A DNA stretch of 63,396 nucleotides, filler included, from Octopus bimaculoides (taxonomy: Eukaryota): NCBI RefSeq assembly GCF_001194135.2. It is 6 parts of 5 records of this genome, joined end to end, with 100 filler letters (N's around TTAATTAATTAA, not from the genome) between each part and the next. Parts side by side here need not be neighbours in the genome. Positions count along the whole stretch, not along the records: positions 32,100 to 44,643 come from NC_068981.1; positions 44,744 to 53,534 come from NC_068987.1; 4 more parts are not named here. One strand, written 5' to 3'. Shown piece by piece: positions 38,515-50,470 of this stretch. Positions within the stretch are counted from its first letter, which is position 1, and each line of letters starts with the position of its first letter. Made by a program: the position numbers and the translations under genes. The notes beneath the pieces are model-generated. The model was not told the origin of the DNA. It searched no databases and worked only from the letters and a program-made list of their open reading frames with translations.

Positions 38515-39000
38515 CACTGGAACATTCATTCACTTTGACTCGCCGGGCTCGCACCTGCGAACAGCAATCTCTGCCTCAATAACGGTGAACAAGCATATTC
38601 TCCGGGGTCCTAGAATGCCGGAGGTCTCAACTGTCACAGGTTCAACCATAAACCTGTTGGAGAGCGACCGTTAGCCCGACAGTCTTTTTTCTTAGCCTGA
38701 GGAACAGCGGAGCCTAGTTTAGTAGCTGACACCACCAAGTTGCTGCTGGAGAAGGTGATATAGAATATGGCATTCCAGATACGGGGTCTACCGCAGCAGA
38801 ATGGGAAAATTGTCACACCGTCCGTAAAATCGGGATGCCGGCAGTCCGTCTGAGAAAATGTCGCGCGAGTAGGTGGTGGGTACTGTTGCAGCGAGTGCCG
38901 TTGGCCATTCTCCGCGGCAACACCTTTGTTATTATGTTTGCAGGGTGCAGTTGGACACAGCGTTCGGATTAGGGAGTACAGCCTGTTAATCCTTTCCCTC
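38515..39000 (-). mobile_element. CRE-like RLE non-LTR retrotransposon 3' fragment
   Basis: HPDFTDGVTIFPFCCGRPRIWN...TFSSS...ATKLGSA (RPDGxTxxPWxxGxxLxWD motif); a TGACAGTTGAGACCTCCGGC block parallels the 38140 copy. Confidence 0.7.
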
Positions 39001-40052
39001 TCCACTTTTTCCGTTGCTTAATTTCCTTTTTATTTTTCTTCGTTTCTTTGTTGGGGTTGTTACTTCAATGATTGATTTCTGATTTCACTTATATTCCATG
39101 TGTAAGACCACCTTAATTTGTCAATAATTTAGTCTTTCATACTTCTATTTTTTCTTTTAATCAATTTATCTTTAATATGGCAATAGGTCGTTATTCAAAA
39201 GTTTTGTGCATCCAGAGACAGTAAAACATTTAATTGTGCGTCTTTGTAAGATGCAAGATTCTATGCTTTAGTTAAGCTCGTCATTGAATAGGTATCAGGC
39301 ATTCTGGGTAATTCCTCTACCTCTCAAGGGCAGACTATCGTCTTACACAAGGATTTGTTTTGTGTCTGAAAGCGAGTAACTATCCACTTAATAAGTCCAC
39401 TTCAATTCATGAAAGTATTACTAACTTATTAATTAAAGTGAATTAACTGAACACTAACTATATATTTGGTTAAGCCAGCAATCCTGGAAATGTTATCTTA
39501 GAATTAAATAAAACCAGAACTGCACATGCGCTGCAGAAAGGAATCAGAGAATGCAAAATATACTTCTTGTACAAAATTCTAGAGTTAGAGGAGTGTCGGT
39601 GCAATATCGCAACAATATATTCTGATTCTTATGTATCACTTAGATTCTATGACTGTAAAAAAAAAATAAAAAAGATAAATTATACTGAATACATTAATGG
39701 CCTTTTGACTAAGAGACGTTGTGATTTGATACGATACATCTTGAATAGCAATATCTTCAACCGTTTCATTTCACACGATTTAAACTCGGTTATTGAAATA
39801 AATAGATTGGTTTGCAGGCTTGTTTTTGTGAATGAATTTAATCACAATAAAACAAAGTCGATATCAGGCTTCGTCGACGTACTAAGATTAAAATTGATAT
39901 ATATACTTCTTATAAGCACACACACGCATACAAGCAAAATATATTAATGGTTCGCATTCGGTTTCCTGCAATATTCATTATTATTTGCTAATTTTCTTTA
40001 GAAAATACTTTAAAGTTCTAAGTTTTGGTTTCCATAACTAATCTTAATGTTG

Positions 40053-40115
<63 letters not shown>

Positions 40116-40149
40116 TTTATTCTTATTCTTCTGATTATTATTATTATTA

Positions 40150-40372
40150 CAGTATTCCTTCGACTAGTGCAGGTATTACGTTCCAAAACCCCACGCTATA
40201 GGTGAAAATCCGCGAAGTAGAAACAGTACTGTACTGTATATCTTTTAAGATTATTTTTATAATTTGTATATATTTATTTTATTATAAATGCAAAATAATA
40301 CCACGGATGAATCAACGTAAGCTTAAATAATAAACCGCGATAAGTGAACCGCAATATGTTGAGGGATTACTA
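40150..40372. mobile_element. Tigger-type MITE (about 220 bp) beside an (ATT)n tract at about 40047-40147
   Basis: Left TA-CAGTATTCCTTCGACTA; reverse complement of the right end TAGTAATCCCTCAACATA; subterminal CCGCGA(A/T)A motifs. Confidence 0.6.
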
Positions 40373-40391
40373 CATTGATGTCGTTGCTTTT

Positions 40392-40563
40392 TAGGGTGGT
40401 GAGTTGGCAGAATCGTTTGAGTATTTGAAAAACAAATTGCTTAACGGTATTTGTTGTAGTTCTTTGCGTTCTGGATTCAAATGCCAGTGAGGTCAACTTT
40501 ATTTTTTATTCTTTCGGGAGTCCCTAAAATACATACAAGTTAAATAATGGGATCGATGTAACT
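40392..40563 (+). mobile_element. Degenerate family C SINE
   Basis: GGTGGTGAGTTGGCAGAATCGTT head; GAGGTCAACTTT...TTCTTTCGG core. Confidence 0.6.
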
Positions 40564-41312
40564 ATCATCACGGAGTTTTCTAGTAACATATCCATGCATA
40601 GTCTTCTGCTCATAAAGGCTAATCCTTCCATCTGCTTAAACTTTGCGCTAGAGTCGTGCGACTTCTTTGGGCATGTATTCTAGGCTATCAGACAAAGAGT
40701 GTTGCTGAAGGAGCTGCTGTCCATGTCTTATGATGTTATCAGCCTCATGTATGCAAACTTGGTCAAGGGATGTATTTCGACACTTGGTGGTTAAAAGATG
40801 TTGCCAAAAAGATATGATGCGACATTCAAAGGCATTTCGGATCGATGTTAAACCTCCGCCGCTTTGTTTTCGTTTTAAATAGAGGCGGTCTAGGTAACTT
40901 TATGTAGAAATTGTGTGCTTGTATGTATGTATGTATGTATGTATATGTACGTATATAGGCACAACACAAGATCTATCTAGAATAACGTTGAAGGTAATAT
41001 CATGTAAACTGACATATACAAATTAAAATATGCAAATATAAAGTATAAGTGCATTGTACATAAGAAGAACACAGACACATATACATACGAACAGGATACG
41101 AAAGTGCTTAAAGACAAAGGAAATTGATAAACACTCGATGAGTAAGGCAGGATTTATTGAGAGTGTCGGTTATAGAAATCCTTTATAATTGTGTTACGCT
41201 TCGGTTTTCATTAAAATAAGACAACAACAATACGAAAACCAACGAATATTTATATTTTAATATATACTTTAATAAGTACATGTTTTGTTGATCCTACCTA
41301 TATCGAACAATA

Positions 41313-41472
41313 TTGGTGGCTGTGTGGTAAGTAGCTTGCTTACCAACCACATGGTCCCGGGTTCAGTTCCACTGCGTGGCACCTTGGGCAAGTGTCTTCT
41401 ACCATAGTCTCGGGCCAACCAAAGCCTTGTTAGTGGATTTGGTAGACGGAAACTAAAAGAAGCCCGTCGTAT
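41313..41472 (+). mobile_element. SINE head B, CpG-intact; 3' part in gap
   Basis: GGTGGCTGTGTGGTAAGTAGCTTGC...GGTTCAGTTCCACTGCGTGGCACCTTGGGCAAGTG...GAAGCCCGTCG. Confidence 0.88.
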
Positions 41473-42341
41473 AAATATATATATATATANNNNNNNNNNN
41501 NNNNNNNNNNNNNNNNNNNNNNNNNNNNNNNNNNNNNNNNNNNNNNNNNNNNNNNNNNNNNNNNNNNNNNNNNNNNNNNNNNNNNNNNNNNNNNNNNNNN
41601 NNNNNNNNNNNNNNNNNNNNNNNNNNNNNNNNNNNNNNNNNNNNNNNNNNNNNNNNNNNNNNNNNNNNNNNNNNNNNNNNNNNNNNNNNNNNNNNNNNNN
41701 NNNNNNNNNNNNNNNNNNNNNNNNNNNNNNNNNNNNNNNNNNNNNNNNNNNNNNNNNNNNNNNNNNNNNNNNNNNNNNNNNNNNNNNNNNNNNNNNNNNN
41801 NNNNNNNNNNNNNNNNNNNNNNNNNNNNNNNNNNNNNNNNNNNNNNNNNNNNNNNNNNNNNNNNNNNNNNNNNNNNNNNNNNNNNNNNNNNNNNNNNNNN
41901 NNNNNNNNNNNNNNNNNNNNNNNNNNNNNNNNNNNNNNNNNNNNNNNNNNNNNNNNNNNNNNNNNNNNNNNNNNNNNNNNNNNNNNNNNNNNNNNNNNNN
42001 NNNNNNNNNNNNNNNNNNNNNNNNNNNNNNNNNNNNNNNNNNNNNNNNNNNNNNNNNNNNNNNNNNNNNNNNNNNNNNNNNNNNNNNNNNNNNNNNNNNN
42101 NNNNNNNNNNNNNNNNNNNNNNNNNNNNNNNNNNNNNNNNNNNNNNNNNNNNNNNNNNNNNNNNNNNNNNNNNNNNNNNNNNNNNNNNNNNNNNNNNNNN
42201 NNNNNNNNNNNNNNNNNNNNNNNNNNNNNNNNNNNNATATATATATATATATATATATATAACGGAAACAGCTTTTAATATAGAGCCCTAAGCTGTAACA
42301 ACGGGCACCAACCTATCTCTTATTATTATATATCTTAAGAT

Positions 42342-42740
42342 AAGGCGGTGAGCTTGCAGAAGCGTTATCACGCAGGGAGAACTGCTGTTAAGCTTTTACG
42401 TTACGAGTTCAAATGCTGCCGAAGTCGACTTTACCTTTTATTCTTTCGGCGTCGATAAAATAAGTACCAGTTGAGGACTGGGGATCGATCTAATCAACTT
42501 AACTCCCGTCCCCGAAAATTACTCATCTTGTGCCAAAATTTGAAACCAAAGTATTATATCTTACAGCGGTGAGCTGGCAGAATCGTTATCGAACCGGACA
42601 AAATGCTTAGCGGTATTTCTTCTATCTATGCATTCTGAGTTCAAATATCGCTGAGGTCGACCTAACCTTTCATCTTTTCTGGGTCGATGAAACAAATACA
42701 AATCAAGCACTGGGCTCGATGATGTCGAATTTACCACATT
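42342..42740 (+). mobile_element. Two tandem family C SINEs (42342-42549, 42564-42740); a third very degenerate copy may follow to about 42980
   Basis: Family C heads and cores; both are preceded by TATATCTTA. Confidence 0.85.
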
Positions 42741-43137
42741 CTATTTACCACCTTCCAAGTATAATAAATCATCGATGACTTTCATAGATGAGCATTTAAT
42801 TGTTCGAATAGCTAAAGTACCAATGATTATATGATTATCTAAACGGATTAGAGTCGTTTGAGCTTTCGTAAGAATGTTTTGCCATATATCTGAGTCAAAA
42901 TCCCGTTGAAGTAGACTTTATTGTTTACCCTTTAAGGGTCCATATACAACCCTTAAAATACTAGTCCAGTACTGGACTATCTTCTACCTTCCTCCCTCTA
43001 CTTCTCCTTATACATGAGTCTTCCCTCTGACTTACTCTTTCCCTCTCACTCCCTCTCTCTCCATCCTTATTGTTGCCATTTATATTGTACAATCTATATC
43101 GTGATTTATTTATTCATATTTTGATTTTTGTCTTTGA

Positions 43138-43442
43138 CTTCTTTCATTTTGCTGGGTACCATCTTGAAGAGTTTCAGTCGAACGAATCGATCCCAGTACT
43201 TTTTTTTTTAAGGCTGCCACTGAATCTGCCTGTTCTTTGGACGAATAGCTAAGTTAAGGGGGCGAAAAAAAAAAACAACATCGATGGTCAAGCAGTGATG
43301 GAAGACAAACACACGCACACGAAGCTGTTTTTATTTGGCCTGAAGCTATAGTAGAAAACACTCGCCCAATGTGCCACGCAGTAGCACTGAAACTGAAATT
43401 TTGTGGTTGGGGAGCAAACTTCTTACCATACAGCCGCGCCTT
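43138..43442 (-). mobile_element. Full-length degenerate SINE, head B plus (GT) linker plus tail Z
   Basis: Reverse complement head at about 43345-43442 (CTTACCATACAGCC); tail at about 43138-43320 homologous to 32110-32330. Confidence 0.65.
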
Positions 43443-44428
43443 CGCGTTTATTTATTGTAAGTTTTATTTCGTTCACGGTTCATTCAAAAGGAGTCGTACG
43501 ATATCTGTTTGGCATCGGAGACTTCTAGACGTCACGGCGCATGCCTGCTTCCTACAAATCTGAAGAATACTGCTTTCCACGCAACTTTCGCGTTTCGTTT
43601 GATGCTGGCTCTTGTTTGTTTGTCTGCGCATCTGTTTCCTCAAAATTCTCATGTTTGTTTCTTTTTCTTATATTTTTGTATATTATTTTTTGATATTTTT
43701 TTTATTTTTTAGATAAGATGGACATGTTTAGTGGTGTACGTGTTGCCTTTTTCATTTCGTGGGTGTATGTACATTTGGATGTATATCTGTACGTAAATGT
43801 GTTTGTGTGTACGCGTGTGTTTGTGTCTCAATGTGTATGAGTGTGTGTGAGTGTGTGTATTTGTCTGAATGTGTGTGTGTCTCTCTCTCTCTTTCTGTAT
43901 AAGTGCGTGAGTGCGAGCGTGTGTGTTTATGAGCGCTTGTGTATGCTATTGTGTGCATGTGTATGTCATGTGCCTATGTATGTCTTGTGAGAGTACGTTG
44001 GGTATGTATGTAAGCGGATAAGCTTATGTGCGTCTATACTTACGTATGTGAGTGCTTGCGAATACGGGTCAATATGTATGAATGTATGTGCAATTCATAT
44101 ATGTATGTGAGCGTATGTGTTCATGTAGCTGAGTATAATGTTGTTGGTGACGTGTTCATGTGCATGCGCATGTGTGAGAGCGAGTGTGCGTGCGTGTGTG
44201 AGAGGCTGTTTCAGTGTATGCGTGAGTGTGTGTGTCTGTAAGTGTGTATGTGAATGTGCGTTTACTTGTGTGCATGTGTGTATGTGTAAGTGTAAGTTTG
44301 TGTGTAAGTGTGTGTGATTTTGTGCGTGTGTGTGATAATGTTATTTGTGGATATGATGTGAGATTTTGATGCGGTTATGATGTGAATGAACGTGTGAGTG
44401 AGTGTTATTTATTTGTGTATGCCAGCGT

Positions 44429-44474
<46 letters not shown>

Positions 44475-44643
44475 CTGTATGTGTGTCTCTATTTCAGTGA
44501 AAGCAAGACAGGAGAGAAAGTACGAACAATAGAGAGAGTAGATAGTAAAACTGTTGGATAGACAGAGACAGACGGTAGAAGAGTATGAGATCAAAGGAGA
44601 CAAGCGAAATGCCACAGAGACAGAGAGGAAAAGAGAGTACGTA

Positions 44644-44743
44644 NNNNNNNNNNNNNNNNNNNNNNNNNNNNNNNNNNNNNNNNNNNNTTAATTAATTAAN
44701 NNNNNNNNNNNNNNNNNNNNNNNNNNNNNNNNNNNNNNNNNNN
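44644..44743. other. Artificial 100-bp assembly spacer
   Basis: N44, TTAATTAATTAA at 44688-44699, N44. Confidence 0.93.
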
Positions 44744-44800
<57 letters not shown>

Positions 44801-44889
44801 TATTTCAGACACGTAGTCATATGTATAGGTGTATGTGGACGAATACAGATGTAGATATATCTGTGTGTGTGAATATACATAAAAAATGT

Positions 44890-45085
44890 GTAAGCAAGTG
44901 TCTTCCACTATAGCCCCAATCCAACCAAAGCCTTGTAAATGGATTTGGTAGATGGGAACTGAAAGAAGCCTGTCATGTTTGTGTGTGTATATGCATGTAT
45001 CTGTGTGAGTTACTGTCTTCTTGTCTTGACATTGCATGATAGTTGTTAGCAAGTATCACTACCATACAAGCTGTATCCTTTGTTT
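44890..45085 (+). mobile_element. Partial SINE, head B 3' half plus start of tail W, CpG-decayed
   Basis: GCAAGTGTCTTCCACTATAG...GGTAGATGGGAACTGAAAGAAGCCTGTCAT, then a body shared with 46870-46950. Confidence 0.75.
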
Positions 45086-46696
45086 CCAAAATATAAAAAA
45101 AGTTTTTTAAAAAACTAACACAGACCTGATAGAAGGAAGTTTTTTATGTCAACGGTTTTTGCTGTTGTCAGTTTTCCAAATACACATTATATAAGGTAAT
45201 CCATATAGAAGTAATTGGTTTTAGTAGCAGTTCCACTTTTTATAGTTTTGGATTGAGATGCCTCTTAAGGTATTCTTATTTTGCCTTTCATAATTGATCA
45301 TTTCTTACTTTATTTTGAAGAAAGAAAATATTTTGGATTTTCTTTTCACACAAATGTCTGGATGTTCACTTGATGGAATGTTTCTAACAGTAGGATCTTT
45401 GATTTGTTATTTTATGCACCCTGACTCAATCCATCAGTTTTGTTCCTATTTAGCTGATATAATTCTCATTGCATTGTGGACATGTGATGCAGAAAATAAT
45501 TTTTTTTTTTTTTTTTTTTTNNNNNNNNNNTTTTTTTTTTTTTTTGTTTTGCAATTCACTTTTGGTTACCAGCCTTATTTTTTCCAATGTGAATTTCACT
45601 TTGTAGTCTTCTAAGAATTAGCCATTGTCTTCAGCTGTTAATAATTTGTGATTATTTTTCTTAGATTTGATGATTCATATATTGGAAGGTATCATTTGGC
45701 CAAATATGTTTTGGGGAATTATGGGTGACTACAGAAACAATGTTTCTTTTTCTGTCTTTCCTGTCCTTGTGAGAGTTAATCCATAATCAAAACTTATTGT
45801 CAACTCATCAGCTAGTTTTAATAACTAAGGATATAATTACAATTCATGAATGGAAAGACCCACAGAGTTATTAATACTGGTTATTTGTCATGTATTTAAA
45901 GTTGAAATTGTGCTGGATGAATGTGTGTGTGATACACATATACACACACACACACACATAGATAAATAGATATGTGTGTTTCTGTCTCTCAATCTTTGTA
46001 TTTTAAACTATCCCTGCTACTCATCAGTTCTGTATCATTCATACCCCCCCCCCCCCATCACTTGTCTAACTACTGTAATTATGTACAGAGTTGCATATTT
46101 TATCATCTTTTATTCTCTGATACCACTTATACTTCTCAGTTCCTGGGTCCATTTCAGTTGATAACCATCCTTCATTCTTAATACTGTCCCCACTTCATCC
46201 ACATTTTACATTGACCACCCCTCCATACCACCACATCTCACTTTCTCCATCCCCATGCATCTCTTACACATCTCCTGCACTACATCTGCTTCTTCTTCTT
46301 TCATCCTTTCCCTGTTTACTGCATCATTATTACTATTCTGCTGCTCTCCACCCCTTTCTGAACTGTCAGTCATCTTTGCTCCCCTCGTTGATCACACCCA
46401 CTCCTTGTCCACCATTCACTACCATTCACTACATCCACCCCTCCACCATACCCAACCTCTACAGTCATTACCTATTCTTCCCTACCTTCTCTACAACATA
46501 AATTTATCATCCCTCAGTTTTTGTTCTTCATTCCTTATATTCACTGCTTCACCCATTCTCCTTCTCTAATCTTCTCTCACTCATCCTTTACATTCTTGCA
46601 ACCTTTACCCATACACATTCCCTGTTCTACTGTCCCTACTCACTTCTTACATTTGAGGATCTACTCTAACACTTCATCATCACTATTTTATCTTTA

Positions 46697-47100
46697 GGCA
46701 CAGGCATGAGTGTGGAAGAGAAATTCACTTACCAGCCACATAGTTTCAGGTTTCAGGTTCAGTCCCACTGTGTGGTACCTTGGCTAAGTGTGTTCTACTA
46801 AAGCCTTAGGCTAAATAAATCCTTGTAAGTGGATTTGGTAGACAGAAACTGGAAGAAACCTGCTTGTGTGTTAATGTCTTCTTGTATTGATGTCATATGA
46901 TAGTTGTAAATAAGTGTCACTGTCATACAGATAGTGCCCTTTGTATTCAATCTTCCATGAAAACATGTCTGGCCATGGAGAAATATTATTTTCCTTAGAA
47001 AAGGTTCTTTATGGGAAGAGAATCTGACTGTGGTAAAATCTGCATCTGTCTGACCCTTCCTGTCATGGAAAAGTGGACATTAAAATGATGATGATGATGA
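46697..47100 (+). mobile_element. SINE head B plus tail W ending in (TGA)n, CpG-decayed
   Basis: CCCACTGTGTGGTACCTTGGCTAAGTG...GGTAGACAGAAACTG; 3' end CATGGAAAAGTGGACATTAAAATGATGATG. Confidence 0.75.
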
Positions 47101-47149
47101 CATATATGTATATAAATCTGAGTGGATATATAATCATTTCTTTTTTCAG

Positions 47150-47275
47150 ATTCCACACCTGTAGATTTTGATGCAGTGTCTACCTGTCATATTGGTATTT
47201 CTCATACACGTTGGGCAACACATGGCGAGCCAAATTCCACAAACAGCCATCCTCAGAGATCTGGGCTGAATAATG
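47150..47275 (+). CDS. GFPT1: GFPT/GFAT internal coding exon A (126 nt, phase 1 to 1)
   Basis: Acceptor ttttttcag|AT and donor G|gtaagt. Translates (x)[41 protein letters not shown], containing the HTRWATHG and HPQ motifs of the GFAT/GlmS class II glutaminase domain. Confidence 0.96.
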
Positions 47276-47377
47276 GTAAGTTACTAAATTTTCCAAAACT
47301 ATTTTTGTTTGTTTTTGAGAGATCTAAACTTTTGTTTAACTTACTAACTTCATTTATTCTCATTTTGTTTTTCCTAG

Positions 47378-47436
47378 AATTCATTTGTGTCCATAATGGA
47401 ATTATCACAAACTACAAAGATTTAAAATCCTTTTTG
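47378..47436 (+). CDS. GFPT1: GFPT/GFAT internal coding exon B (59 nt, phase 1 to 0)
   Basis: TACTAAC branch point at 47342-47348, acceptor ttcctag|AA, donor TTG|gtaagt. Translates [20 protein letters not shown] (HNGII motif). Confidence 0.96.
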
Positions 47437-47684
47437 GTAAGTTTCTATATCTCTATTTAGTTTTTAATCCTCTGTGGTACATATGTGCTTTAATATTTAC
47501 TGAAATTCTATCAAGCACAACTGACCAATTCAGTTGTTGGTTAATGGTTTGGTTTTTGAATAGAGAACTTTTACTGTTTCAGCCCACTTAACTGCATCAA
47601 CACTAGAAGCACTATCTACTGAGCCTTCTGTTAACTTGCCTTTCATCATTTCAGGATTGATAAAATAAGTTACTTGCCAATCAC

Positions 47685-48073
47685 TGTTGTTGTTGGCACT
47701 CCGTCGCTTACAACGTCGAGGGTTCCAGTTGATCCGATCAATGGAACAGCCTACTCATGAAACTAACGTGCAAGTAGCTGAGCACTCCACAGACACGTGT
47801 ACCCTTAACGTAGTTCTCGGGGATATTCAGCGTGACACAGTGTGACAAGGCTGACCCTTTGAATTACAGGCACAACAGAAACAGGAAGTAAGAGTGAGAG
47901 AAAGTTGTGGCGAAAGAGTACAGCAGGGTTCGCCACCATCCCCTGCTGGAGCCTCATGGAGCTTTTAGGTGTTTTCGCTCAATAAACACTCACAACACCC
48001 GGTCTGGGAATCGAAACCGCGATCCTATGACCGCGAGTCCGCTGCCCTAACCACTGGGCCATTGCGCCTCCAC
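47685..48073 (-). mobile_element. SINE head A plus tail Y in GFPT intron, nested in an older family C copy
   Basis: Reverse complement of the 8999-9380 type. TSD TGCCAATCAC (47675-47684) and TGCCAATCCC (48074-48083). Host family C core TTGCCTTTCATC...GATAAAATAAGT lies immediately to the left. Confidence 0.92.
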
Positions 48074-48107
48074 TGCCAATCCCTAGAGTTAATACATTAA
48101 ACTAACC

Positions 48108-48316
48108 TAAGGCAGTCAGGTGAAAGAATTATTAGCACACTGGACAAAATACTTGGCAGCATTTCATCTGTCTCTTGATATTCCACCAATGTCGGCTTTG
48201 CCTTTCATCCTTTCAGAGTCAATAAAATAAGTACCGGTTGAGTACCGGGGTCAATGTAATCAACTTACCTCCTTCCCTGTAATTGCTAGCCTTTTGCCAA
48301 AATTTGAAATCAGTAT
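48108..48316 (+). mobile_element. Family C SINE in GFPT intron, CpG-decayed
   Basis: Core GGCTTTGCCTTTCATCCTTTCAGAGTCAATAAAATAAGTACC; tail GCCTTTTGCCAAAATTTGAAA. Confidence 0.85.
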
Positions 48317-49074
48317 ATTAAACTAACTTCTTACCCAAATTTTTAGCCTTGTACCTATATTAAAAACACTTATATGATACTTTTTCAACATGGCTCTGTT
48401 TAGTTAATTCTATAACTATCATGCTAAAGTATGTAAATTATTACTTACGATGCAGTCTCTGCCTGGTGCTCAGTCTAATAGAAATAACAGATACTGCTTC
48501 CTCCTCATTACATCATTTTGTTTTTTGTTTTTTTAATTTTGGGACATATTAGATAATGTAGTCCTCCAAACACAGAAAACGAAAAGACTGGTTGGTGATA
48601 CTGGAATGCTTTCAATCACAAGCTTGTGTGGCTTATAGTGACCTGGGGCTAAACAACAACATAGAAAAAAATTCAAAAGACATAATGGATGAGTAACTTA
48701 TTCCCCAACCGGGCACACACACACATGTACACTATTTTAAAAGCCTTCATGTGAATATTCATATTTTTCAGTCATGTTCAGGTCCTGAACTCTTTTTTCC
48801 TCTCTACTAAATACATTGTCTCCTTATATAAAATACTGAATGTATCACACACAATTTCACTGTAAGATGAGGGCCATTGTAAACCAAATATCTTAAGCAT
48901 CTTACTGGAAATGTATACTAGTGATTCAGATATGTTGAGAACCAACACAGAAAGGTAACTCCCGTCTCAATTATTCCCACCTTTTCTACAGCAAGAAACC
49001 TGCTCCAGCTTCTTTCGTCCTTTAATTTCCCACCACCTAGCACACAACCACCTCCTTCACTAGCCACACTCAAT

Positions 49075-49295
49075 CAAAAGTCTTGTGAGCTACTTGATGA
49101 CCTCAGTGGTGCTGATGCTACAGAAAAACACCCAGTACACCTTGGTAATTGATTGGCATTAGAATGGGCATTCAACTGTAGAAATTATACCAAAGTGGAC
49201 ACTGAAGTGTGATTACAGTCCTCACCCATCAAATCCAATCAAGCCACCCAACTCAGCATAGAAGATGGATATTAAAAGATGAAGATGATGATTAA
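49075..49295 (+). mobile_element. Degenerate SINE 3' part with a W-like end and (TGA)n tail
   Basis: CTTGTGAGCTACTTG.TGACCTCA...CACCCAGTACAC...GCATAGAAGATGGATATTAAAAGATGAAGATGATGA. A further tail remnant lies at about 50370-50445. Confidence 0.55.
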
Positions 49296-50114
49296 TACTA
49301 ATTATCACAAGTCTCTTGCCTCAGTTATATAACCATAATACATGTGTAGAGTTTTAGTCACTGATATTGGGAGAAGCGGTAGATAGTATTCAAGTAATAT
49401 GTACTCAAGGCCTCCAACACAGATTGTGACAGTGCAAAACATGGAACCTGTTTTTTAGGCTCCAAGCAGAATGGATCTGTCAATATTTCTAGCAGCTAGG
49501 TTTTTTTCTTTTCTTTTTTTTTTACATGCAGTGAGTGGCCCCAGCAGATAGTTACAGACCTATGTCTGGCTTGTCCCCGAGTGATATACGAGCTGAAATC
49601 CTCATCCATCTCTTATAGGCTTAGTATGAGCTCCATATTTTGTTTTGGTGCTCTTTACTCACACCTAATGTGGGGGCTTGCTCCTCCTGTCCCCAAATTA
49701 TTACTATTCACTATATTTCAATTTTTTTATTTTTTTATCCAAAAATAAAACCACTTGTCCCTATTTAGTCACTTGCTAGATTTAACAATAATAATAACGA
49801 TAACAATGATGGAAAAATGATAATAAACTCTGTCTTTTAAAAAATAAGATCACATATTTTCATCCTTTTAATACCAAAGTTGTATGTTACAAATTTCATG
49901 TTGGTTTATGTTCCAAATACATCTTTTTGTTTTTATTTCATTATTTTTGTTCATTATTTTCAAAGTAAATTGAAATAATTGCTTTATTTTACCAAATGCT
50001 ATGGTAGTGAAATAATTAAATCTTAAACCCTAGAATAAAAATAGTATGATCAGATAAGAATTGTGTTATTTACATTCATACTTTCCTTTTTTTTTCCCCC
50101 CCTTTTTTCCATAG

Positions 50115-50249
50115 GAAAGTAAAGGTTTTGATTTTGAATCCGAAACTGATACTGAAACCATTGCTAAGCTTGTCAAACATCTCTATGACAAACACAAGGA
50201 AAACAAGCTTACATTTAGGGAATTGATTGAAATGACTTGTCAACAACTC
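50115..50249 (+). CDS. GFPT1: GFPT/GFAT internal coding exon C (135 nt, phase 0 to 0)
   Basis: Acceptor ttccatag|GAA, donor CTC|gtgagt. Translates [45 protein letters not shown] (SETDTE motif). Confidence 0.96.
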
Positions 50250-50470
50250 GTGAGTTTACAGAACTTTTTTTTTTTTTAATTTCATCGTTTTTGTTTATAA
50301 TTTAAAAACAAAAATAATTTTTTGTATTTTCAAACTTTGTTCATTAAAATAATAATTTAACATAGCCATAGAAAATCAGACCCAACAAATTCTACCTGAC
50401 CCATGCAAGCATGGAAAAGTGGACAGTAAATAATGATGATAGTAATAAAATAAATTTATTTTTTCTGCAG

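Noticed and set aside
43480-43680. CpG-rich, promoter-like patch (AGACGTCAC, GGCGCATGCC) as the GFPT promoter
   Set aside because: A synthetic spacer separates it from the GFPT exons, and no ATG TGT G|gt first exon or exons 2-3 lie nearby. The short motifs are not significant alone.
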